This document shows, in pieces, positions 12,495 through 24,769 of a DNA stretch of 64,000 nucleotides; positions within the stretch are counted from its first letter, which is position 1, and each line of letters starts with the position of its first letter. The notes under the pieces were generated by a model that did no database searches, had not been told where the DNA came from, and saw only the letters and a program-made list of their open reading frames with translations. Origin of the DNA: Pavona decussata (Eukaryota); assembly GCA_977016875.1 (NCBI GenBank), contig CDRNST010000287.1, positions 372,001 to 436,000 of the forward strand, given 5' to 3'. Position numbers and translations under genes: made by a program.

Positions 12495-13575
12495 TAGCCA
12501 TAAAAGCAAATACCAGATTGGAAGACTTGAAGCCATTGAATCCACAAAGGATAGCTCAGAAGTCGTAAGGTTTCAACTAAAAAGAAAGGCCTGGATGAGT
12601 AGTCACTGTTTCCTATATTTTTGAGCAGAAAATGATGTTTATGTCGTTTCCGAAGGTGAACTTCTAATGAGCTGGAAACAGTAGAACTGGAACCACCACC
12701 AGGGAAGGGTGGAAAATGCACTCTGCATCCAGCATCCAAAGAAAGTCTCCTTAAACTAGGAATATTTGCGTAACAATGACAACGATGATAATGTAACCAC
12801 TGAAGATAAACAGTATTCCACAAGCCCTTAGAAGGACAATGCATACTATGAGGTACAAGATGTAATTGGTAGACTGCTGTGAAAAGATGCAGTTTGTTAT
12901 AAGTACAAAGTCTGCTTCCAGGGTTATGGGTCAGAAGAAGAAATGTGGCTCCCTGCATTTCTCTTTAAATAGAGCTATTATATTTGTGTCTGCCTCAACG
13001 TTTTGGAGAAAAAGAAAACACACCCTCAACCTGGAAAATGTCATAGCAGACAACAAAAGAGCAAGGCGGTCTGCAACTATCACTGCAGGGTCTCTAGCAA
13101 AAAAGAAACGAGCAATGCAAAGCATACTAAACGCAGGAGAACAAAATACCTTGAATGTACATCATAGAAATCTGTACAGGAGCATCCGACATCACAGAAA
13201 GGCAAGATGATCACCCCAACTAATCCAAACACAAGGAGAAGGCATTTCCTTCTCTTTCAAGGTCTCCTTTTTATGAAATGCATTAATGAGACAGCTCTCC
13301 CAATTTCAAGTGAGTGACAAGGAGAGCTCTAAACCCTACAATCGTGGACGTTAAGAAACGTTTAATTGATTTCCAAATTCGACTGCTACAATGATATGTC
13401 AACAATGCAGCCCCATTCCCCTCATCAATGCTGCTCTGCCACTGAAAAAAAAAGGTTGGTCATTGTCCGGCCTTCAAGGCAATACTGAGTTAGGGGAGGG
13501 GGAAGTAAAAGTTTGTCACTCTACAGGCAGTGTTTTCTTCAAGGTAGATTCTCTCTTCTCACTCCTCCACCATCT
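12495..13575 (+). pseudogene. Chromodomain-containing TE-associated gene remnant, copy 1
   Basis: Collinear with 47820-48885 (LEP.PGKGGKCTLHP.SKESLLKLGI; YKVCFQGYGSEEEMWLPAFLF); many stops and frameshifts. Confidence 0.7.
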
Positions 13576-13607
13576 TTGATTTAAAACAAGGTTGACCAAC
13601 ATTCAAA

Positions 13608-13761
13608 ATGGCCGCCTCGTCTACCTTACACTGTTGTGTGCTATTGCGTGTACAAATGACGAGATATAACAAGTCTCTTTCCTTCCATGCTTTTCCTATC
13701 AATTCAAAAAGAGCAGAGTGCATAGTTGGAATAGAAAGAGATCAAGGACCGAATTTTGAAG
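13608..13761 (+). pseudogene. THAP zinc-finger exon remnant (DNA transposon 5' gene)
   Basis: MAASSTLHCCV..CTND..SLSFHAFPINSKRAE.IV.I.RDQGPNF then a GT donor; the SFHAFPINSKRRAEW block recurs at 52631 and 55678. Confidence 0.7.
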
Positions 13762-13860
13762 GTAGTTAACATTATTCAGGTAGAAAGTGTCTCGTTCTGT
13801 GTAAACTTGCAATCAATTTTTTTTACCAGCAGGATATTTGTGGCTGTGATCTGTGGCTTC

Positions 13861-14060
13861 TTGGTTGTGAATGTTGTGTCTACATTCTTTGGAACTATTG
13901 GCAATGCGCTAGTGATCGCAAAAGTCCGGATGAACCCCACACTTCAGATAATTTCCAACTTTTGGCTGGTGAGCCTGGCTGTTGCCGACCTATTAGTAAC
14001 AGCATTAGGACAGCCAGTTTTTGTGGTCTGGCAAATCGGTGGTGACTGCAACGCGATCAT
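13861..14060 (+). pseudogene. Class A (rhodopsin-like) GPCR fragment, TM1-TM2 only
   Basis: FGTIGNALVI (GNxxV) ... NFWLVSLAVADLLV..GQP (LAxAD); no DRY or later helices. Confidence 0.8.
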
Positions 14061-16908
14061 TACAACTTCACGCCGATTTAAGTGTGTCATTCAGAAATGG
14101 GAAAAACTGCTGGATTTTGTAGCTTGAAGGCTCGTTTTTAGTCCTTTGGGTATTCACTTCGGGAGCCACCGAAAACGTGTTGAATAAGTTCGGTTTCATT
14201 GGTTTGGAAAAAGGAGAGATCTTTTGGATAAGGACCTAAAGCGACTTCAAAGGAATGGAACAATAGCGCAATTATGCGACCACGAGCGGCAGAGTTTATT
14301 ATCGTATCCTTTTGTTCTTGATGTGTGAATAAACTGCAAAGAATGACTTGGGACTTTACATGTATTTAGTTTTTTTCGCAAGACATTTCCAAGTTCGATA
14401 TGTATTTTTTAAAATAGAGCATTTTGAGAGCTTCAAAAAGAGATCTTGAACGAGGCTTTTTGGTCAATGTAGGCCGAAGTTCGATGTTTGTTTGTTGATC
14501 GGCAGTTCGAACTGCAAAGTTAATTTATGCGAAGCCGTCTTCTTCCGACGTGTGTGAATTCTCGAAGGTATTATTGCAGAGAGTCCTGAATGAAATTTAA
14601 GTTCATCCCGAAAACGTTGCTTTTTTATTTGTATTTTTTTTAACGAGAAGGTTGATTTGACGGCTGTAAAATGTGGTCTGAATGAGTTCCTATGGTCGAG
14701 ATTTCTTAACGACTCGCCGTCTGACAGTTCTGCAGCCGACTGCTCCTTCTCGTTTAGATTTTGAATTTTTGAAGTTATTCCCTACAAAGTAAAAAAGTTC
14801 TTTGATGAATTTCACTTTCTTCTTTAAATAAATCAAATGACGCCTGGATTTTTTATATTACTGCAAACGCTGAGCATCCTGAGTTCTTGATATTAGCAGC
14901 CGTGTTTAAGTTTGATATTCGAGATCGTTCCGATAAGCGCGTGCTTGATGATAAGTATAAAATAAACTTTAAAAGTTTAGAGATTATCAAAGAAAAGTTG
15001 CAGTCCAACAGCTTTAAAGTTTTTTTGTGAATCGAACTGAGCTATTGTTCATTCTCAGATGATAAACAAAAGGACATTGTCACACATTTCCTCAAAGGGC
15101 CTTCCGATTTCTATAGTTGTCTTACATTCCCGAGTGACACCAGACGTGAACACCGATGAATCGGCAATGAGTCTAAACAATAGCATGAATATATGAATAC
15201 TTAACGACCCACGAAACATGGGTACACACTTACATCGATGTGAAGTTGTCATGTGGTGTTGCAAGCGTTTCGCCTGATTGTGAACATTTCATGTTCAACG
15301 TCTGTTCTACATTTGTGTTTTATAAGCGTGGATCGATGTCTCGTCATCAGTCGGCCAAACGATTTTAGGACAATCGAAACAAAGCAGCGAATGGTGTGGC
15401 AGTGTACTTGGAACGTTTAAGTTTCTTGTTGCTGAATGGCAAATAATGGATAAAAACGAAAAAGGTCCCAGAGATGAACAGGACAAATACAACACCGTGG
15501 TAAAAAAAATGTTTGGTAAAAGACTACAGTTTACAATTTTCATATTTCATTCGGAAATTAAGTCGGTTTTTGTAGTTCAATTTTACTTTACTCTATGCTT
15601 AATAAAGAGCGAAGGAGAATATTTTCTCTGCGCGGGGATTTTGTACAACAACATGTTGCTCCGGGGCAGGGGGGGGGGAGACAACTTTACCCTATCACTG
15701 GAAATTTCGTGCATCCAACCAGAGAAACAGCATCTTCATATGTCCTGATTCATAGAATGTCCATTGGAACTTTCACCTAAGCACTTCGTTTTCAGTCTTA
15801 GGCTTATTTTAGGTTATTCAAAATGTTTAAAAGTTAAGAACATTTATTGCTTTTCTGTTGCGCAAAGAATGACGTCTTTATATGTTCCAATTCAACTTTG
15901 TAATGTTTATTAATTTTCCATTGCCCAGTGGCAGGTAATTTGTAACTTCTGGTGGCCAGAGGGTGGGGAATATGTAATCTAACGGAAAGGACAAATCCTG
16001 GGGGTCAGTGATGTTAATAGCCGAGGGAATGATAACAGCCGGAGTTGATAGATCACACAATGTAGTGATTGGTGATTTCCCTTAAACCAATGTTACATCT
16101 TTTTTTTTTTGGGTCAAGGATCACATCCTCTCCTTTCCCGCTCAGGAGTCGCATTTCTCCAGGAGAGACAATCATGCAAAAAAGTTCTTGCAAGAGGGCT
16201 TATCTGTACAAAGAATGTTTAACCTCTATTTAGAAGAAAAAAAGCTACAGTATTGCAAAGGCAGCAAGCCATTCTGAGGTAAAGAATAACAATTGACCAT
16301 ATATTTGATTTCATACAATTTTGAGATAATAGCATTTCTGAACAGAGAAGCCTCAACTGTGCTTTGCTCTGTTAAAAGCACACAAAGTGTGGCGCAAACG
16401 TGAAACAAGTGTAGGGAGAAGCAGGAACCAATTAATGCGTTTTTCTACGCCTCAACTCAACCATATTCTTTTAGATAAATAATACACAGGAAAGCCGTGG
16501 TTTTTTTTTGGCACGTGCATTATATCTATATTTTCTCGTGTTTGCAAATTCTTGTCTTGTTTTATGACAGTATAATATAGGGCTTATTTAGTTATTGACT
16601 GAAATAATGGTTGATGATCACCCATGCAATTTTGTCTGTATCGAGTTTGGCAACATTTTTTAGACCATTGAATTAACCTAATACTTTAAAATTGAATTAC
16701 ACGGAAAACAGTTCTGGCGCATATTAACCAACTGTTGGAATTGAACATATGTAAGACACGCTTCTACTTTAATTCCCAATGATTATCAACCCTGGGGCTA
16801 AAATGCTCTCTGGAACTTGTCTCCGTCACCAACATACCTGTTTAGCTGCTGTGAGACAAGTTGCATTGAACGTATTCAAACTTTTCTTTTATATACCGTT
16901 TGTTTTAG

Positions 16909-19281
16909 AGCCAAAAAGCAAAATACTCAGGCACCAGATGCATAAAGGCCTAAAGTCAGCCAAGACTTCTACAGAAGAATTTTTAACACCAAGTTTAACC
17001 TGGGGTTCGGATTACCCAGAACAGACACTTGTGCGCGATGTGAAGAGATGACTATTGCAATCACTACCACAACAGGAGATGAAAAAGAGCGAGCTCGAAA
17101 AACAGCAGAGAAGTCACCAACAGCAGCCAGATATGGGATATGAAAGCAAGCGGAGAGACAAAGCCAAAGCCAAACCCAGCTGGAGAGGGAAGAGAAGAAT
17201 ACAAGGAGAGAATGACCCATACAGCAGAGACACGGCTGATATGGTTCCTTTCAATTTTGAACAAAATCTTCCAACACCAAATCTGCACCATAATGGTATG
17301 TTTTATGCCCGCCAACTTTGGGTTTACAATTTCAGAATCTACGATTCCATGTCAGATCAGGGCCGTAAGCTGATGTGGGGGGTACATGTGGCAAAACGGG
17401 GTTCGTGTGAGGTGGTGTCGTGTCTGCAGACATTCTTACGAGAGTTCAGAAGTGGAGCGAGGTAACTTTTGCATTTTAACAAAAAAAGATGTTAACATGT
17501 ATTATGAAATTATCACAATATCAAACTTCGAGAATTTTGTGTTCTCCCACAATCCACCATATATAGATTCCATAAAAATTAATTCTTGACCAAAACTCAG
17601 CAATTTGCAAAACTTAATTTCAATGAAGATTTCATGTCACCTGATGATATTTGCAAATTGTCTCAATTTTGTTGCAATTTGAAAGAAAGACAATACTATA
17701 TCAAGTCAGATGTAGTCAGTGTTAGAAACGTACCACAGATCCTTAGCGTATGCGTAAATTAACGATAAAAGTCTCATTGAAACAAATGTACCACACAAAG
17801 AGCAAAGCGTCTGGAACAATAACATAGATAATATAATATGGAGGGCAGACTTTTTTTCTTACTGATCTCGCGCCTTTGTGTTATTTCTGAGGAAGCCTTC
17901 AAAATGTTCCCGATAAACTTAATCAACCAGAGAAACGCACAAATGAGTTTATGGAAGCTCCATTTGGGTACAACTACGGCAAGACTCAAAAATACTCTGA
18001 CTGGTGTTTGCATGATAGAAAATACTCAACACGTTTTCCATTTGGTTAAATCATTTACAAGTAATTTTTCTCCATCTGTAGAGATCAGGTTAAGGAAAAA
18101 TGCCCTCTATCTTGACCAATGACAACTCAGTAATCTAATTTTGATTTACCTACAGATCGCTTATCTGCAACTCAGATGGATGTCCAGGTCAAAACAAGAA
18201 CAGTATAGTCATTGGCTTTTATTTTGACCTTCAACAAAGTGGCATCTATGAAATGATCGACCACAAGTTCCTAACCAGAGGACATACTTACCTGGGGAAC
18301 AACCTGGACTTTAGCCAAACAGAGAAAAGGAAAAAATATGCGGAGGTCCTCCTGCCAGAAGACTGATTTAAAGTCGTCCGTAACAGAAATCAGAGGAAAC
18401 CATTTATTGTACGTAAAATTGTGTAGATATTTATGCCCCCTTTTCGACTCTCAGTTACTACTTAAAATTTGAGTCATTTCTCAGTTAATTTTGAGGTATC
18501 TCGAAACGTCATTTCTTAGTTAACTGTTAACATTTTGTCCAAGTCTGGACTATCAATTAGAGCCCCATCATAAATTGGGCAGAGGTGATTTCACAGAATG
18601 TGTGGGTTTGACATGATTTTCTTAAGATCAATGGATCTTTACAGAGTCGGATATCCTAAGTCGAATTTATATGCGTCACTTTTCGGTCGAGTCAATTAGT
18701 AATCAATGCCGCAGAAATTTCATTGGCTTTATACCATTTCACTAATCCGTGGAGGCAATATGTTCAACATTTCTCTTTGTGTGCGCATTTGAGGCGACAA
18801 AAGCGAGTTTTAGGGACATTTGTTTCTTTTTAGCTCTTTTGTTTATTCAAGGTTCAAGAAATGGAGCAGACTGATTTTAAAGATTGGAAAGGTTATGTCG
18901 GAGAGAAGAACAGGTTGGCCAAGAAAGACAACGTGGGAATGCTGTTCAAACTGAAAGATGCCCACTGGATGAATTTTGGCTGAGGCACAGAGCGAGATCC
19001 CGTTTCTGGGGAGGAGAAGATGGTATACCATCCCGACGAATTTTAGTTCTGCAACAGTTATTCTTTTGAGGAGCCATGGAAAAGGGTAAAAAGTCGCAAG
19101 GAAACCAACCCTGTTAACAACACCAGCAAACCTGTGCAACTCTCCAGTGGCCCTCAGCGCAGAAAAAATAAAAGGCCTCCAAAAGATGGCTGAAAAAAAC
19201 CTTCCGGAGCCACAGAGGACCATTTTAGTCAATCTTTCAGCTGCAGCGGATGAAGAATCAGACTGCGACAACAACTCCTGA
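16909..19281 (+). pseudogene. Sola1-like (DUF7869-type) DDE transposase pseudogene, 3 exons
   Basis: Exons ~16909-17461, 18156-18408 and 18852-19281 with AG/GT ends. Motifs: IFNTKFNLGFGLPRTDTCARC, FNFEQNLPTP..FYARQLWVYNF, AKRGSCEVVSCL, SDGCPGQNKN, HKFLTRGHTYL. Confidence 0.85.
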
Positions 19282-19971
19282 TTGTAAGATAAAAAGTTTT
19301 GTAACACCTTTATGAAATCAGTGGGTACTCCGGTATTTCAGTGACAGCGGGAAATGAGGACCTTTCCTGGGTTTGAAATTTACAAAACTGTGGCTTTTTT
19401 GACTGGGTTAGAAGACTTCAAGGGTTACGTTCTGAGTCATTGGACTCTGGTTTTAACATAATGGGACATTTTTGGGTCTGACATAATTCCCTGTCACCAT
19501 TATACCTATCATGAGTACCCCAGATGGTAGCTTTTAGCTGCATGTTGAGGAATTCGTTGATTCAGAGCACTAACTCGATGAAATTTCCATTACGAGATTG
19601 GTGATTCTTAAGTTGCATAACAGAGTCATCGCTTTTTGTAGCTGGTTATTTACAATCGCAACTTAAGTTACAACGATGTTCATTTCTGATTAGTTCATGG
19701 CTCTGAAGAACATTGTAGAGCTATTAGTTTAGCCGTTTCAAGCTACCTATCAGTGAAATTCAAAGGACTTTGCATTAGATTTTTGCTCACAACATCGACC
19801 TTGCTGTTGTATTTTGTTCAGTTTTATCAAAACGTTTATGTGAAGATTTAACTTTCTTCACTGAATTTAAATTTACCCGTAGATACATTCAGGGATCAAG
19901 TAGGACAAGCGGTGCTCCATTGCAATATTATCATGTTATCATTTTGCGTATGTATATATGGATAACAAATT

Positions 19972-20131
19972 CTGGGCCCAGTTGTTCAAAGCACGGTTAA
20001 GTAACCCAGGTTAGACTGAACTTTGAGTACTACTGACTTTTTGTTCAATAAAAACATTTTTAAAAGATTTTCACCCTCAAGTTTTGACTGGAATTTAACT
20101 CAACTTTAAGCTTTCGAACAACTGGGCCCAG
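19972..20131. mobile_element. Short MITE, probably Harbinger-type (CWG target)
   Basis: Terminal inverted repeats CTGGGCCCAGTTGTTCAAAG / CTTTCGAACAACTGGGCCCAG. Confidence 0.8.
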
Positions 20132-20357
20132 ATCTTTAAGCATAATAACATCAGTCAAATGCATACTTATATTTCTTGTAAATACATAGAATTATCCTTG
20201 ACATTTATCATACCCTGTTTGCCGAAACATAGCAGTACACCACGTAATTAGGGTGAGGATGTAATTTTTTTTGCCAAAATCAGCCTTGTAGTGGCTCTGT
20301 ACTATGTACATTCAGTAACACCATTAACAGTAGCTTGTCGGTTTGTAAGAAGAGTAA

Positions 20358-20907
20358 GGCCCGGCTCATACGTCAAACTTTACATGAGCTGAACCTAATA
20401 CCTATTAAGGTCAACCCAAATAATTAAGTTCGGCAGTTGATTGAGACGTCAAACCTAACTGAAGTCGAACTTAAAACTTAAGTGAGAAAATAGATTTTCT
20501 TGGTCAGCAGCTCTTGTTTTTTACTCAACAAGATTCAAAATGGAAGGAAAGATGAATTCTGACATGTAAGAGCTTGCTTTTCTGACAAATGCGATCAGAG
20601 AGACTAACAGAAGGCATCTAAACATACAGCTATTATTGGGAAACCTCGCTGCATGGAGAACGCAAGTTGTGAATGTTGTTTGGCTTCTACTTCTCCTAGT
20701 TTCTCAATGAAACAACATCACAGTTCCTCAATCGACTCGTTCAAGGACAAGGCATGGAATACCTATTCAGAAACAAGGTTCAAGAAAACCTTCCGAGTCT
20801 CCCGGTCTACTTTCAATTTCATACTGAATCGTATTGAGCCCTTCATCACTAAACAAACTGTAACCGAAGAGACTATCTCAGCAGAACTGAGGCTTGCTCT
20901 TTGTTTG
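20358..20907 (+). mobile_element. PIF/Harbinger 5' end with HARBI1-like transposase N-terminal fragment
   Basis: TAA|GGCCCGG terminus; RFKKTFRVSRSTFNFILNRIEP..ISAELRLALCL. Confidence 0.8.
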
Positions 20908-21045
20908 TGGACAAATTACTTCAGCCCATCGCACAAAAAACAGAAATTGTATCTAAAAGATACAACGGATTTCGTAAACTTCATAGAAAAGACAAAGGAC
21001 TCCCAAGATACTATCTTAGTATCAATGGATGTAACAAGCTTGTAT
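20904..21045 (+). mobile_element. Penelope-like element RT fragment
   Basis: FVDKLLQPIAQKQKLYLKDTTDFVNFIE..ILVSMDVTSLY. Confidence 0.85.
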
Positions 21046-21940
21046 GTAGGAAAACATTGGGAAGGGGGCTGGGTCTAAGTATAACAACTGAAAAACCATT
21101 TTTGGAGGTTACAGACCTTGCCCAGCTACACATCAAAGAAATTCTGGATGAGATGTGTGATGATGCAAAGCATCAGATGAAACAACTCTCACCTGAGCAA
21201 ATAGGCAGCTGGTCCAGAACTGTAACATGCAGTGATGGGTGCTGGTTAATATGGGGTCGTTTCAGTCAAAATTACACCTTTGTCATAAAAAATTTACATC
21301 ACTGGTACTCTTCTTTCTATGGGCATCTGTCTATGCGAGGTACAGACAGAATTTGCGATGAAGAATTATGGGAAGGCACTGCTAAGTCAGTTGAGGGTCA
21401 CCTTAGCCAAATACTCTGGGCTAAGGCAAAATAAGAAGACCTAAAAGTTGAAGTAAATTGGATGCGGACTCTTCATCTGCTAAAGGGTTCGGGTATTCAT
21501 TTTCAAATGAGCAGGAGTCAAAGATTATGTTGTTTGGGGGGCACGTGGGAAGGGCTTATGGGAAAAAGTTGGAGGAAATTAAAACTGTCATCATTTACCA
21601 CAGCATATATTGCCTTGCACAAATCAGAATTTCCTGCAGTTGAATCGGTGAAATGCTGTTGTGCTGGCAAAAAGCATATATTTGTTGCTACCAAACCTGC
21701 TTGTGGTTGCATTGGTCCAGGATTCATTCAAAATGCCAAGCGTAATCACTAGTGTGGTTTGGTTTAGGCTGGCAGCAGCCCAGAAAAGTACAGAGATACC
21801 ATGCTGACTCTTGGCAAATACCACTGCAGGAACATTCACGAGCGGGAGGGGGTCCTGTTGTTTTCATCCACTGGTGAAATGTAAGTGTAAAGAGTGTGTG
21901 GTAGACGAAAATGGGTTTTACCCGGACATGAAGTGCTAAG
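21046..21940 (+). pseudogene. Kolobok/'Mutator-like' DDE transposase fragment
   Basis: GSWSRTVTCSDGCWLIWGRFSQN..YGHLSMRG..WEGTAKSVEG..DADSSS..GGHVGRA; related to 52880-53250 and 55930-56280. Confidence 0.7.
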
Positions 21941-22209
21941 GTCAGATTGGTGGAGGAAGGGGGTTGGGGAGAAAATCTGTCATGTTTTATAAATAAGGAA
22001 GAGTTTTATGAACTGTGTACAGTTTCCCGTTTTCAGGGTCAACAAATACATTTTAGAGTCAAATGTATTTCTTTCGAAATTTATTCAATGTGAACTGAAA
22101 ATAATTGTTATTTACAGAGTAAATTAGTTTGTGAACGCAAGAATTTATGCTTAATATAATTGTACAAAAAGCTGAATGTAAAATAATAATTCCCTGGGAA
22201 GAAGGTGAT

Positions 22210-22385
22210 TTGGTAAATATCCCTCTCAAGAGCTTTAATTTGAACCCTGTTGGAAGGGGACGTAGAACAATCAATGTTGTGAAATGTTGCTTGTATTTTG
22301 GCATGTTCAAGTTTCAATTTTCTTTTTGAATGATCCTAGGACAATGAAAAAGATGAAAGAAATAAAATGTCTGTTTAATTGGCTT
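22210..22385. repeat. Dispersed repeat copy B (homologous to 10750-10925)
   Basis: Direct nucleotide similarity to copy A. Confidence 0.85.
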
Positions 22386-22639
22386 GTGCAAAGGTCCATG
22401 AAGCCCCTGGGTGCTTCAGGCGTTTCACGGGTACTTCCCTCAACCTTTGTAGCAGCAACCTCTGAAGAATGCCCACTTGTAGAAACACTCCTATTTTCTA
22501 ACATATCACGCCTACGAACCACCTCCCTATGTGTAGTTTGTAGTACTGAATCAATGTCATCCTTAATGTCACTTATGTTAACTTATAATATCAGAGGGTT
22601 TTAGCACACGAATTCTCCTCCGGTAACAAGTTGGAGGCA

Positions 22640-22895
22640 GAGGTTTCCCTTTTCTCTAAAGGACTGATTGCGAGAGGCAGAGTGAAAATCACATACTTGG
22701 TGGAGTTATATAGACAATATTGTCATCATATGGATGGTAGGCGAAGAAAGGTTTAGGGAGGTTCTTGATTATCTGAAAAATGTGCATGATATCGTCAAGT
22801 TTACAGGAGTGAAATTGAGTTTTTAGATGCTAGAGTGATTAATTGATGCGGAGGGCTGGAGACGGATTTGTTTGTTAAACCAACTGACAGTCATC
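22640..22895 (+). mobile_element. Penelope-like RT fragment
   Basis: WWSYIDNIVIIW..FREVLDYLKNVHDIVKFT..FLD..TDLFVKPTDSHQ (degenerate RYIDD region). Confidence 0.7.
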
Positions 22896-22898
22896 AAA

Positions 22899-24117
22899 CT
22901 GTATATGGTTTGAACCCAGCAGTCATGGCATAAGTACGTAAATTATGATCATCTGGGTGAGTGTAGTCCTGAGAAGGACTGTTTGTGGTGACTTTGACTG
23001 ACATGTCGAGAACCTGAGCAAAAGTCATCTTCAGAGTCAAGTGAATAGTGGAATGTCAGTAGGTGGTATATACGTCCCTGGTTGTTAACCTGATTGGTCA
23101 ACAGAGTTGAGAAAATATTGATTGTTTGTCAGTAAGCAGTGATGATATTTGCTGTCAAGACTGTAAAAAGTGATTGGTGCGTTTCGATCTGTCTTTTGTT
23201 AGTCAAAACGTCCGTGGGTCTGTTGTTAGTAAAATGTCTATTGCGTGTCTGCTTTGTTGTTGTTGTCAATAAGTGGTCTGTTTGGTGCAGGTAGTTGTAG
23301 GCAATGGCTGAGTGGCGTTTGTTCTAAGTTAGTAAGCCAGAGTGAGTCGCTGATAGAAATTTGTACTGCAGGTAATGCACTTGGCAGAGTCCCAGTGGAT
23401 TCTCTGGTTTGTGTGTAAATGGTGCTCAGCAATGTGATTGTTGATATCCCCATTTCTAGTTGCTGTTTGCGTTCAGTCAGTTGTACGTTTAAATTTTTTG
23501 CCGGTCTCACTAATATAAGTGGCCTGGCAGTCGCAGCATTTGATATTGTAAGCTACTACCTCCAAACGGACGCTGCTGCTCTGGTTATCAACGATTTTCA
23601 CAAACACCTTAACAGACAGAACGCTGACATACAGTTTAATAAGGAGATCGAAGAAAATAGTAAAATACCTTTTCTAGACTGCTTAGTTCTCCGTATCAAC
23701 AACGACAACAAACTAAGTACTACGGTTTACAGGAGACCAACACATACTGACAGACTACTGGACCAGTCATCCTACAACCCTACTTCTCACAAAGCAGTGA
23801 CCATAAGCAAGCGCAACTGGTTTGTGACCCACCTGACAGTCTCGCAGACGAAAACAACTACTTAGACAATGTTTTCAACAAGAACTGTAACAAGGACTTT
23901 GTTATATGTAACACTAACAAGAACACTGAACCTAACATCACAAACAATGAAGCGACTCCCGTACCTACTGTGACTATATCTTGTGTAAGGGACACTTCTG
24001 AGACTATCGCACGGATTCTACAACCTTACAACATCCGTGTATATCACAAACCCATTACCACTTTATGACAACTACTGACAAAAGTAAAGGACAAAGATGA
24101 ACCAAACCGCAGACAAG
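22899..24117 (-). mobile_element. Penelope-like retroelement with 5' inversion
   Basis: Minus strand 23560->22899 carries the GIY-YIG (YNIKCCDCQATYISETG..NHIAEHH..IHWDSA) and the pLTR tail. Plus strand 23587-24117 carries the RT thumb/linker (FHKHLNRQNADIQF..PFLD..VYRRPTHTDRLL..KDKDEPNRRQ). Confidence 0.85.
22996..23039 (-). ncRNA. Degenerate type I hammerhead ribozyme in Penelope pLTR
   Basis: Minus strand reads GACT-CTGAAGA-TGAC..CTC-GACA-TGTC-AGTC. The CUGANGA box and stem I are present, but GAAA is mutated to GACA, so it is probably inactive. Confidence 0.55.
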
Positions 24118-24769
24118 TGCAATCAACGAAGAATCTTCAAAAATATTTTTGTTAACAGTTTTGACTTAGATCCAGGGGTGGGGGAGAACACTCCGTAGTG
24201 CCTGGCACTTTTTTTGTATCTGAATCATCCAGCAAAAAATTGACGTCATATCTGGTCCGAAAATGAGCTTGGCGGGAAAATCAAGATTCACTGCGACAGT
24301 TTCAATTGTTTGGTAAGTAAAATCACAATTTTTTTTTATCCGCTTCAAATTTTTCCCCTCTCTGTTTTGGTCACAAAAATGTGTTCTGTTCACACATTTG
24401 GTTAGTTAAGTGAATACACTAAATAAGTATTCAAAAACTTGTTGTTTTGAGGCATGGTCTCTCTGAAAAATGTCTGCATTTCTTGCCCCTAAATTACACA
24501 AAGATAAGCAAATAAGTTGAAAGAATGAGTTCAAGGTGAGTTCCTTAGTATTTCAAGTATTTCTCCGCTTATTACCACTAACAAATATACATTTTACCTT
24601 TTTTAAACACAGTGGAGATAGTGCCTTCTTTTATATCGGTTAACAAACATAATTTTTTCCTAAAAAAACCAACAACTGTAGGTTTGGAGAACAACCACTA
24701 CAGCCCAAACGCAGGCATGCAAAAGCCGTAGAAATGTCAGGGATAACGGAAAAGTTAATGGAAGGCAAC

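Noticed and set aside
13756-14127. Functional GPCR gene
   Set aside because: Only two helices are present, with no true start, and both sides are TE-derived.
14070-15450. Coding-looking stretch, possible Polinton or viral remnant
   Set aside because: No recognisable motif in the frames I read.
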